A stretch of 64,000 bases of DNA from positions 5,208,001-5,272,000 of the forward strand of contig JAQFVV010000002.1 in the NCBI GenBank assembly GCA_028023455.1, given 5' to 3'. Of the stretch, positions 1 through 11,089 are shown in pieces. Position numbers and translations under genes: made by a program. Under the pieces are notes generated by a model. The model was not told the origin of the DNA, searched no databases, and saw nothing but the letters and a program-made list of their open reading frames with translations. The stretch is from Epiperipatus broadwayi. Lineage: Eukaryota; Animalia; Onychophora. Positions within the stretch are counted from its first letter, which is position 1; each line of letters starts with the position of its first letter.

Positions 1-2230
1 AATGGACATGGAAACATCCAAATGAAGGTACAGCAGAATTGGATTATATTTTGACTAACAGGAAATACATATTTCAAGATTGTAATGTTCTTAATAGATT
101 TGACACAGGAAGTGATCATCGATTAGTAAGGTGCAAGATGCATGTTAATGTAAAACTAGAAAGACAAAAATTGTTAAGAAAAACAATATTTACAGTTGAT
201 ATTCCTAATCTTCAGAAACATTCTAATGAATTTAAATTAGAACTTACAAATCAATTTCAAGTATTAGTAGATTTTGAACATGATTCAGATTTGAATGAAA
301 TTAATATGAAAATAACTGATACACTTTTAAAAACTGCAACAAAGATAGCTGGTAGAAAAAAGCAGCAATTGACCAACAAAATTTCTACTGAAACTAGAGA
401 ATTTATGAAGAAAAGAAGAAATATGAAGATATACAAAAATGATGCACTAAAAAGAATTGAATATCTCGAATTTTGTAAAATGGTGTGGAAAAGAGTTGAA
501 AATGATATAAGAAAATATAACTATGAACTAGCAAGAAAAGCTGTAGAAGAAAATAAAAGTCTTAAGAATGTAAAACAACATTTTGGTATTGGTAGGAAAT
601 TTATATCTGCAATAAGGAAAAAATATGGAATTATTACTAAAAAGAGAGATGACATCATGAAATTGGTAGAAAATTTTTATCAAAAATTATACAGTAATAA
701 AGATCAAGTACCTCCTATATCTATTACATCTTCTGAATTGCCCAGAATTTTAAATGAAGAAGTGAGAAATGCAATTAAATGTATGAAGAAAGGAAAGGCT
801 CCAGGTAATGATGGAATTATAATTGATATATTAAAAGAAGCAGGTGAAGAAACAGAAAATTTTTTAGCAAAGTTATATACCAAATGTCTAAATGATAAAG
901 ATGTACCGGATGATTGGAAGAATGCAGTAATAATATTAATATTTAAAAAAGGTGATAAAGAAGATATTAGAAATTACAGACCTATCAGCCTTTTATCAGT
1001 TTTATATAAAATTTTTACCAAAATAATTACAACTCGTCTACAGAGAACATTGGATTTCCACCAACCAAGAGAACAAGCTGGATTTAAAAGTGGTTTTAGT
1101 ACAGTAGATCATATTCAGGTATTGAGAGAAGTTATAGAAAGGACAAATGAATATGAGTTGTCATTATGTTTTGGATTTGTAGATTATGAAAAGGCATTTG
1201 ATTCTATAAACATTTCTTCAGTGATTAAAGCATTGGATCATCAAGGTATAGATCCAGGATATTGTCATATTTTAAAGAATATTTATAAAAATGCAACAGC
1301 AACAATTAGATTACATAATGATACTGGGAAAGTCAACATTGAGAAAGGTGTAAGACAAGGTGACTCCATACCTCCAAAACTTTTTACAGCAGTGCTGCAA
1401 GAAGTATTTTGTGGATTAAAATGGGAAACTAAAGGAGTGAAAGTAAATGGAGATTATTTAAGTCATTTAGATTTTGCAGATGATGTAGTTGTTTTTGCAA
1501 ATAATGCTTCAGAGCTGCAGGAAATGTTGCAGGAGTTATCAGATGAAAATAGAAAAGTAGGACTAAAGATAAATGTTAAAAAGACTAAAGTAATGTTTAA
1601 TCGGTTTGCTCAAAATATGAAAATAAAGATTGATTATGATGAATTAGAAGGAAGTTAACAGTTACAAATACCTTGGTCAGATTATTAATACAGATGGAAA
1701 CATAATGGAGGAAATTAATCATAGAATTAAACTTTTGAGTGCTTTTGGTAGAAATAACTTGATACTAAAAGGAAATATGCCTATGTGTTTGAAAAGGAAG
1801 GTTTTTAACAAATGTGTTTTGCCAGTTTTTACTTATGGATCTGAGACTTGGACACTTAATAGAAGAGCAATACAGAGACTTCAGACCACTCAAAGAAGTA
1901 TGGAGAGGTGTATGTTGGGAGTAACAAGAAGAGATCGAAAACGCAATGTATGGGTAAGAGAACAAACAGGTGTTACTGACATCATTGAAAAAATTAAAAG
2001 ATTGAAGTGGAGTTGGGCTGGACATATTGCTAGAAGAGATGATAATAGGTGGACAATTGAAATTTTAAACTGGATTCCAAGAGATTGTAAAAGACCCAGA
2101 AAGAGACCACATGTGAGATGTATGGATGAAATAAGAAAGTGTGCAGGGATGATGTGGAGAAGAGAAGCTAAAGATCGGAGAAGATGGATTAAACTTGGAG
2201 AGACCTTCATCCTGCAGTGGATTGATAATG
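1..2230 (+). mobile_element. RTE-clade non-LTR retrotransposon (5' part outside window): C-terminal APE endonuclease plus reverse transcriptase
   Basis: The frame is open from base 3 ([17 protein letters not shown]...SDHRLV, APE end). RT motifs: [46 protein letters not shown]. The C-terminus (LKWSWAGHIARR...QWIDNG) runs directly into a (TA)n tail, typical of RTE elements. Confidence 0.95.
39..2230 (+). pseudogene. RTE APE-RT ORF broken by one +1 frameshift near 1651
   Basis: ORF 39-1658 and ORF 1705-2307 join if one extra G in 'gaattagaaggaagttaac' is removed, restoring [13 protein letters not shown] (RT YLG motif). Confidence 0.85.
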
Positions 2231-2268
2231 GTATATATATATATATACCATTATATATATATATACCA

Positions 2269-2305
<37 letters not shown>
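2231..2305. repeat. (TA)n microsatellite, 3' tail of the RTE
   Basis: Interrupted TA dinucleotide run directly after the RTE ORF end. Confidence 0.9.
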
Positions 2306-2307
<2 letters not shown>

Positions 2308-2869
2308 CAATTTGGTCCATTGGAATATCATTAAATGCAATACTTTGTAGTATAGCAATGGCATAATATAATTATAATATAATAATATAATTACTTTCAT
2401 ATTAAATCATTATAAAAACTAGGTGTATATATAATATGTCTTGAGGAAATAAATAAAAGATCAGAATTAAATTGAGCTAAAAAGTTTGGGACAGATGTTG
2501 AAATTTATTATTTAGATTTAAAAATAAAATGGAGCAACAATTATTGAATTATAAGATGTCAGTTAAATCATTTAGTATTAGGGATTATGTTAATGTTATG
2601 TCTCAAATGCCAAAAATCATATAACATAGGTTTGAGAGCTTTTTGATATCATAATAATTACTTATGTAAGTTTGAGTCCTATATAGAAGATAATTTGGAA
2701 ATTTATATTTTTTTATGATAAGTGCTGGTTTCATTGAAATTGATATATGTATACACAGATATGTAGAGCATTCTAAAATAGATAATACATACAAGAATGA
2801 AAAACTTAAAAAATAATAAGAAATGGATATCATTTCAATATGTACGGAATATTGGAAATAAAACTGCAG

Positions 2870-3240
2870 TGATATTTACAGAGAAGTTAAATGTGAGCTT
2901 TAGGACACCTACGAATTTGTACAAATTAATCAATAATTAAAAAAATGAAGTGCATAAGATGGACAAATCTAATATTGTTTATGCCATAGGGTATAAGTGA
3001 TCTGTCCTTAAGTATATTATGGGGAAACTAAGACGTACTTGAAGATGAGAATATTGCACCAATCACTTATGTGTAAAAAAAAACTAATTCCACAAATGTA
3101 TTAATATTTTATAGTCATAAAAATGGATTATGGACATGGCTTTGATTCATGTATTAGTAAAGTGGTTTACAAAGAAAAAAATGACAGAAAGAGGACAATC
3201 AAAGAGGCTGAAATTATTACACAACTGAGTATGTATCAAA
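2870..3240 (+). mobile_element. Decayed Penelope-like element, GIY-YIG endonuclease region
   Basis: Frameshifted translation: KSNIVYAI...YI/GETKTYLKMRI...GHGFDS..SKVVYKEKNDRKRTIKEA, matching the PLE GIY-YIG pattern (VY.I.C..C...YIGET.R.L..R..EH...H.FD...KR..KEA). Confidence 0.75.
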
Positions 3241-3558
3241 TCCTAGAATCAATAACAATCAAATAAAGGAATAATGGGTGCTTTTGAAGTTACTTAAAGG
3301 TGATTTTTTATTTTGATGATAACATGAATGTGATGCTAATGTTAAAAAAATTTATAGGTTTCTGAAATTAATATTAAAGTATATACACTGATAGAATGTC
3401 TTTATATTATAACTGAAAACAGGCTTATTATATACCTGTGTGTCTATATATGTAATATAGGGTATATGAGCACAGACTTTCAGATAACCCATCACTCTCC
3501 ACTCTATCTAATATCACTGATACACTCAAGCACATATATGCTGAAAAGATAAATAATC

Positions 3559-3602
3559 ACCAATATATGTATTTCATGCTAAACCAGCAATCATCAGCTG
3601 GT
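3559..3602 (-). ncRNA. Type I hammerhead ribozyme, intact core
   Basis: Minus strand reads ACCAG CUGAUGA UUGCU-GGUUU-AGCAU GAAA UACAUA UA UUGGU: stem I, core, stem II, GAAA, short stem III, AUA cleavage triplet. Confidence 0.8.
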
Positions 3603-4031
3603 CCAGATTATCATCTCCCACACATATATACTATAAGTGCTCAGATATATATTAAGATAGACAATCTTACTACTTTAATGGACAGGCTCCAATCTACTAC
3701 ACCCTCCAACTCTTCAACCATCCATCCAATTGAAAATCTGATGATGGAATGCTCAAAGGCCACCCTGAGGCCGAGATTCTTATCACACCCATGTTGACCT
3801 AAAGTCAATCTGAACCCCACATGTACAAGACATAATCCATTTAATACATGTGCAAGGATGGGCAGACATCTCTATAATGTAATAACTGAAAACAGGCTTA
3901 TTATATACCTGTGTGTCTATATATGTAATATAGGGTATATGAGCACAGACTTTCAGATGACCCATCACTCTCCACTCTATCTAATATCACTGATACACTC
4001 AAGCACATATATGCTGAAAAGATAAATAATC

Positions 4032-4075
4032 ACCAATATACGTATTTCATGCTAAACCAGCAATCATCAGTTGGT
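4032..4075 (-). ncRNA. Type I hammerhead ribozyme, intact core, perfect palindromic stem III
   Basis: ACCAA CUGAUGA UUGCU GGUUU AGCAU GAAA UACGUA UA UUGGU; stem III = AUACGUAU, self-complementary. Confidence 0.85.
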
Positions 4076-4192
4076 CCAGATTATCATCTCCCACACATAT
4101 ATACTATAAGTGTGCATTAAAGTAGTAAGATTGTCTATCTTAATATATATCTGAGCACTTATAGTATATATGTGTGGGAGATGATAATCTGG

Positions 4193-4236
4193 ACCAACTG
4201 ATGATTGCTGGTTTAGCATGAAATATGTATATTGGT
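4193..4236 (+). ncRNA. Type I hammerhead ribozyme, intact core
   Basis: ACCAA CUGAUGA UUGCU GGUUU AGCAU GAAA UAUGUA UA UUGGU; predicted cleavage between 4231 and 4232. Confidence 0.85.
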
Positions 4237-7039
4237 GATTATTTATTTTTTCAGCATATATGTGCTTGAGTGTATCAGTGATATTAGATAGAGTGGAGAG
4301 TGATGGGTCATCTGAAAGTCTGTGCTCATATACTTTATATTATGTACAATAATGACAGAAGTTCATTTTATTATATACACTTATATATTAATCCAATGTT
4401 TATGCTAAACAGATAATTATTATGAATAATTATCATGATAATCTACATATAAAATTATTCAAAAATTATGTCTAGTATTATGCACTCTAAATGACAAGCA
4501 GAAGAAAAGATAATCTAACTTTTCTTCTGCACATTCAAGCTTGTAGATAAATTGCAAATCAGATATCATATCAGTAAAAGAAAATATTCAAATAAGTCCA
4601 GAATTTATAATAGTAAAATCAATTATCTTTCTAATTTCCATTTATAAACTAACATTAGTTTTTAATGTTTTTGAATAACTTTTTAAATCTCTTACAACCA
4701 ATGTATAACACTGAACTGGCGTTGCATTTATTAAGAAAATTAATTTGCCATTGTAACATTTATGGCTTATTTAAATATTTAATCCTATTCGTTGTTATGA
4801 TTTAGATGCCTAATTTTAGATAGAACTGCCAGTTAATTGTATATGTAGGTGGTCATAACATTTATTTATAATAAATGTTAATTTAATATTTTGCATTAGT
4901 CATATTATTTTTTTTTTTGTATGTAATGGAAATGTTTTAAAAGTATTAAAAATTAATGTTAGTTTGTCAATAGAATTTACAAAGTTAATTGAGTTTATCA
5001 TTATAACATTCTTGGATTATTTAAACATTTATTCCTATTGTTATAGTGCTTTATTTGTTGGTTATTTATAAGCTTAGATCAGCAAAATGAAACTGTATAT
5101 GCAACTTCTTATGATATTTTTTAATATATCCAACATTCCAAAAGTGTGCTGCCACTTCTCACTATATCTTGGGTCATTGCATTAACATCCATTTGGCCAA
5201 TTCACATTCATATAATGTATTTATTTTCTATCTATAAATAATATGCATAATTTATTGATCAATAACTGCATAATCTGTATACTTTTAAAAAAACCTTTGA
5301 ATTCTTAGAAACCCTTAGATATCTGAAAATGCTAACTATCATGTCTTAAGACCATTGCATTTTTGTAACTGTTTATAGCAGCATTATAAAAGACACTTGC
5401 AGTGTGCTAATGTTTGTGCTTTTCTTTCAATTCAGAGAATATACTATAAAATAGAATGGGATTCTTTCAATAAAATCTGTAAAAACAAATTGTTTTAGTA
5501 ATTTATGCTCCAAAATTCATAAACGTCATCATCAAACCAATGGAAAAAAGTCAATAAATTTTAGCTTTGATGATTATCCAATTTAAAGTATGAATAATTT
5601 TATATATTTTGACATTTTAAAAAAAAGAGAAATTAAAATATTGAAGCACAAAATAGAAATTAATATGCTGTTGATACATTTAACAAACTAAAAAATAGAA
5701 TTTTTTATAATGTGATATAATTATTTTTACTTGTTAAAAAATTATTTTCATTTAAGATGCTCTGCATTATTTTAAAAATATGATGATATGATCATAAGAC
5801 AAATTATAGCAAATTTCCTCTGCTATATTTTTCCATTGAAAGCAGTTTAACATTACACTTTTTAGAGTGATTTTGAAATAATCTTTATGTGTAAATTGGG
5901 ACTTAGCTTGCTAAATGAAGTCAACAATTTTAAAGAAACATTTTTACTGGAATAAACATGTGAAATAATTTAAAAATAATATTTAAAGAAACATTTTTTT
6001 TATTATAATAAACTAATTACATGCATGAACTTTGTGGGAGTCAAGTCAATTTATATTATAAAGATTAGTTTAAAAACTACTCTTTAAAAAGGGGGAATGT
6101 CAATTTCTTTTATTGTGAAAAAAAAAAAAGAAGAACTACAGTTACATAAGTTGATAAACTCCTGAAATCTTTTAAAGAGAAGTCTCTGTTTTACAAATAT
6201 AAAATAAATTATCAAATAAACTGGTTAAAGATTACCATGTGATATACTTAAATGTATTTGTGGTTCAGAGATTGAATTATACCATCACAAAAATATATTT
6301 TTGTTCTTCTTTGTTTCTCTTTTTCTGGTGTTAGAATCAACATGTACATTTATTACTGAAAATAATGATGCAGAAATCATATTCATGATTTAGGGTTTTT
6401 AATTATAATCCATTGAATTTTACATTTCTTGTTATAACACTGAGTGACAGAATGAGAGTATAAAAGAAAAAAGAGTGCAATATAAAGTCTAAATCATATT
6501 CTTCTGTTCTAATGCATAAATAAATTTGGAATCCATAATTTTCCATTGCATTTTAAAATCTAAATGGCATATTAGCCAGAATTATTGAATTTATTTTCTT
6601 GCACAGTTCTAAGCAAATTTTTCTTGTTTACAAGTTTTCATTGAAATTTACTATACTTTTATCTACAACTTTAACTTGAATCTTATTTTAAACACTTCAT
6701 TTCACTAGTAGTTTTTCTTATATAAAATCTTGTGCCCTGTAAGATGAGCTAAAGAGTGAAATATTTCAGAATTGAAGCCCAAACTATGCCATTCAAACAT
6801 CATGTTATCTCCTAGTAAGTAATCATTGATTTATTTGTTTATTTTATCTATGGCAAATAATCACATTGTATGTAAAGAATAAAGTTAATTTCTTTGCAAA
6901 TTTAATGCACAAAAAACTTTACAATTTTTATCACAGCACAATCAAATACTTTTGTTACAATTATCACATGTTGCAATAAAAATAAAAACATAGAAGCAAA
7001 TTTTGATAGTGGCTAAATCTTATCATAACCATCAAGTCA

Positions 7040-7860
7040 TTGTTATTATTTTCAACCATTAACATTCTATTGCAGAATGAAGGCCTCTCCAAATTTATTT
7101 CAACCTCTCTTCTCCATATCACATGAGAAAACTTCCTTATTTCATTCATATTTCTAACATCAGGTCTCTTTTTATATCTTTTATAATCTATTGGAATCCA
7201 GCTTAAGATTTCAAATGTCTATATATAATAATCTCTTCTCACAATATGTTTAGCCCAGATTCACTTGTCTCTTAATTTTTTTAATTGTATCAGTAATACC
7301 TATTTGTTGTCTCATGTATTTTGTTTTGGATCCCTACTTGTTTACTCTTAATATACATCTATTCATGTTTACTGAGAGATCTGAAACCACTGTATTGCTC
7401 TTCTAACCAGTGTCTAAGCCTCAGATCCATAAGTAATAACTGGTAAAGTGCATATTAAAAACCCTTTTAAACCCATAGGCATACTTCTTTTTAATAGTAA
7501 GTTATTTCTATGAAAAGCAATCCATTTAAGTTTAATTTTATGATTAATTTTATTTATTATGCTTCCATATATATTAATAATCTGATCAAGATATTTGTAG
7601 TTCTAAACTTTTTCTTTACTCATCATTATCAACCTTTATTTTCTTGAGAAAATCCATTGTCTTTTCAATACTTATCTTTAGTTCTACTTTCTTACTTTAT
7701 CTGATAACTCTTGTAATATTTTCTGAAACTCTGAAGCATTATTTGCAAAAAGACAACATCATCTGCAAAATGAAAAATAATCTCCATTTATTTTTACTTC
7801 CTTATATTACCATTTTCATCCACAGTATATTTCTTGTAAAAAGTTTTGGAACATTCATTT
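7040..7860 (-). mobile_element. 5'-truncated, decayed RTE copy
   Basis: Reverse complement aligns by eye to about 1370-2230 (e.g. gcagaatgaaggcctctcc vs ggagagaccttcatcctgc; caacatcatctgcaaaat = FADD region). Confidence 0.85.
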
Positions 7861-10222
7861 AAAAGGATGAAAATTTTTCAAGCTAGGAAACTACTGATTT
7901 TTAACCAAAAATAAAAAAAAACATAAGTTTGTTATATTAAAATCTAGCCATTCAATTTTTAAAACAAATTTTTTTTGATTTTGCATAAATTAATATTTTT
8001 TCAAATAAATTATAAAAAAGAAATTTAATAACTGCTAACTGATGATATAAGCGTTTTATAATTGATTTTCTGTTCTTTTTTTTTATTATGTAAAACTATT
8101 TGAAAGATTGTATTGTGATTTATTCTTTTCTCTTTTTTAAACAAATATTGCATTCAATAAATTACTCTTGCATGACTGATTAAAATCAATGCTTCTTCTT
8201 ACAAAAGGAATGTTTTACTTGAAACATAAAAAAATAAAAGTAGAATTCGTTTCACAAAATTAACTAAAAGAAATGTATATATATACAGTAAACAAAATAA
8301 AATACTAATCAAAATAAAATGCATTTAGTAAACTTTTTTAACATTTACTTGAGAAAGTGAAAAAAAAAAACTATAAATATATGATTCATCCTCACTGCAA
8401 TCCGTGAGAAAGTAAATCTGCATCCACATCTTCTCGCAGTATATCTATCTTTTGCTTTATTGTTCAAATATAGTTAGCTATTTCTCTTTATGATCATCAA
8501 TCAACATATTTCCCCCTATATCTTTTTTTTAACATAATTTTTTCGACTTTTAGTTCACAGTTCCTTTGCCTTGAAGGAAATGCCCAATTCGCTTCCATCA
8601 AATTTAATACATATTCTTTCTTTGGTTACTTTTTTCAACACCTTTGCAATGTTACTTTTATTTTTCAAATTTAATCTTTCCATCTTATACTATATCTAAA
8701 TTATTAACATCTCCTATGTGTTTTTTCATAAATATCACTCTTTCTATTCATTCAAAGCTATATTCCAGAGAAAATATCTAACGTTTTTTTTTTTTTCAAC
8801 TTTTAATTTATAGTCACAAAATATTTTATTTTTATTAAATCCTATATATTCTAGACTTGTATATAATCAACTGAGAAATTACACTTAAGAAATGCAATTC
8901 TTAATTTAATTTCTATACTACTTCTATCATCAATTAATGGAATTAACTAATATTTAAAAGCTATAATCTGCTTTATGACTTTTTGGTCATTATTTACTTT
9001 TTATTTTTACACCTCCCAGACTTATATATTGCTTTAATTTTATTTGCATATATATTATTAACAAAATAATTTATTATTTTTAATTATCAAAATTGTATTT
9101 TGAATTTTTAAATTATGCCTTTATTAAAAATATCTTTGTGTGTAGCATCTTATTTGTCTATAAAAAAATCTAGTAATCTAAGTAAATCTTTATAAAATTT
9201 AATAAGAGATTGAAATCTGGAATAAAATATAACGTTATTTCTATAGAATCACTATTTTTTATTTTTGATAAAATTTGATTTTGTTTTAATGTAGACTGGA
9301 TAAAAGATCTGGAACAGTTTTATAGGTATGTTAGATATAATGTTGAAAGTTTATTATCAGTTGGTCATGGCAATGGTTCTTCTGTGGCATCCTCTAGTGG
9401 CAAAAATGATGTTGACTATCTACTAAAATGGCATCCCAGTTCAAATCGCATTTTTTGATTTAAATTCTAATTAGAAGTCAGAATATTTAGAAGTCAATAT
9501 TATAAGACAATTTAGAGGTGCAGATTGTTAAATAGATTAAATATAATCCAAGATCAAAATGACAATTGTATTTAAAAAATTCAATATATAGGGGGAAAGC
9601 TGTCATTCTTTAGAAATCAGGGCTGTGTTTCAAGACGTGTTAAACACTAAAATTGCTCACTTATATTTTCAAATTGGTCAGGCATTTTGAATATCATGCT
9701 AAGAATATAATTAGGTTTGTTCTTCCATTTACTAAAATAATTGTTTGACTGAATCTCTTAATAGTAATTATGAATTTGATTAAAAGAAAATAGAATATTT
9801 TTATGCTAATTATTAAAATGAATGTTTAGCTTCATAAATAATACAAAAAATTAGAAACAGATATTCACTGATCAACAATAAAGTTAAAAATGATAGGTAT
9901 AATAAAGTTACAATAACAATATCATAGATCCCATATCCATAATCTTAATGTATACATTTCAGTTATTTATTTTTCAAAAAGAAAAAGGTAAAAAAAAAAA
10001 TAATTGTTAACAAAAATGAGTTTCTATCTTTTTTTTAATTTATAGTGCATAAACAGTATATACACTCATATATATATAATTTAAATAGATGTATATTTTC
10101 TATACTAACCTTAATGTAATTATAAAGGACTTGAACTCAGACTTTCAAACTCCCCACAGCTATCCAATCCATCTATATAACTGATACACATGACCACATA
10201 CATGTGGAAAAGATAAATAATC

Positions 10223-10260
10223 TCCAATATACATATTTTATGTGAACCAGCACTCATCAG
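10223..10260 (-). ncRNA. Degenerate hammerhead motif
   Basis: CUGAUGA GUGCU GGUUC ACAU AAAA UAUGUA UA UUGGA: GAAA has become AAAA and the 5' arm of stem I is lost at the inversion junction. Confidence 0.55.
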
Positions 10261-10466
10261 ATTAATTTAAGGTCAATATGGGTATGACAATATTATTGGC
10301 ATCAGCAAGGGCTTTGAGCATTTCATCTTCAGATTTTTAATGATATGCATGGCTGAAAAGTTGGAGAGTAAAGAAAATTGAAGCTTGTTCATTAAAGTTT
10401 GAAGATTTGCTATCTTAATATAAACTAAGCACTGATCATGTATATGCGTGGGAGATGGTGATCTGG

Positions 10467-10487
10467 ACCAACTGATTAGTGCTGGTT
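10467..10487 (+). ncRNA. Truncated hammerhead motif
   Basis: ACCAA CUGAUUA GUGCU GGUU, followed by a deletion that removes GAAA and stem III. Confidence 0.45.
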
Positions 10488-10913
10488 CTTTTCCACATGT
10501 ATGTGGTTATGTGTATCAGTTGTATAAGATGGATTGAATAGCTGTAGGGAGTTTAAAAGTCTGAGTTGAAGTCCCTTATAATTACAATTAATTTTAGTAT
10601 AGAAAATATACTTATATTTAAATATTACATATTCATCCTGTATTCTGTCCATCCCTCTTCTATATATTTAAATGGACATATTAAGGTCCTTAGTGTGAGA
10701 GGTCATATTGACTTAAAGTCAATATAGGTATGACAATAATATTGTCAACAGCAAGAGCTTTGAGCATTTCAATCTTCAGATATTCAATGATATGGATGGC
10801 TGAAAAGTTGGAGCCTGGAGAGAATTGAAACTTGTCCATTAAAGTTTGAAGATTTGCTATTTTAATATAAACTGAGCAATGATTGTATATAGGTGTGGAA
10901 GATGGTGATCTAG

Positions 10914-10950
10914 ACCAACTGATAGTTCAGCATGAAAAATATATATTGGA
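10914..10950 (+). ncRNA. Degenerate hammerhead motif
   Basis: ACCAA CUGAUA GUUC AGCAU GAAA AAUAUA UA UUGGA; part of stem II is deleted. Confidence 0.5.
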
Positions 10951-11089
10951 GATCATTTATCTTTTCCACATGTACATGGTTGGATTGAATAGCTGGGGGA
11001 GTTTGAAAATCTGAGTTCAAGTCTCTTATATATATATATATATAATGTTTAGTTCGATTAACACAATTTCTTCAAAGCTGTCACAATAC

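Larger units (their letters stand above)
3406..4345. mobile_element. HHR-containing tandem/inverted repeat, locus 1 (non-LTR retrozyme-like; period 473 bp)
   Basis: 'aactgaaaacaggcttattatatacc' recurs at 3411 and 3884. There are about 1.5 minus-strand units (3406-4112), then an inverted plus-strand partial unit (4115-4345). Confidence 0.9.
10075..11030. mobile_element. HHR repeat family, locus 2 (older, deleted copies)
   Basis: Minus partial unit 10075-10262, then about 1.7 plus-strand units ('aaggtcaatatgggtatgac' at 10269 recurs as a variant near 10714); homologous to loci 1 and 3. Confidence 0.85.

Noticed and set aside
3738-3780. A second CTGATGA on the opposite strand of the HHR unit (also ~42677 and rc near 43225 and 44170), suggesting an ambisense viroid-like pair of ribozymes
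   Set aside because: It is followed within 1-2 nt by G(A)AA or by no GAAA at all, so there is no room for stem II, and no matching stem I/III was found.
3406-4345. Regularly spaced repeats as a CRISPR-like array
   Set aside because: Eukaryotic context, and the whole ~470-bp unit repeats with no unique spacers.
8380-8660. Minus-strand coding-like segment (IDILREDVDADLLSHG / YTARRCGCRF)
   Set aside because: No credible splice acceptor, stops in all frames, no recognisable family.
9296-9326. Plus-strand 31-nt exon candidate (WIKDLEQFY) and similar ones at ~33886 and ~54120
   Set aside because: Splice-like dinucleotides are common in AT-rich DNA; no chainable reading frame or recognisable product.
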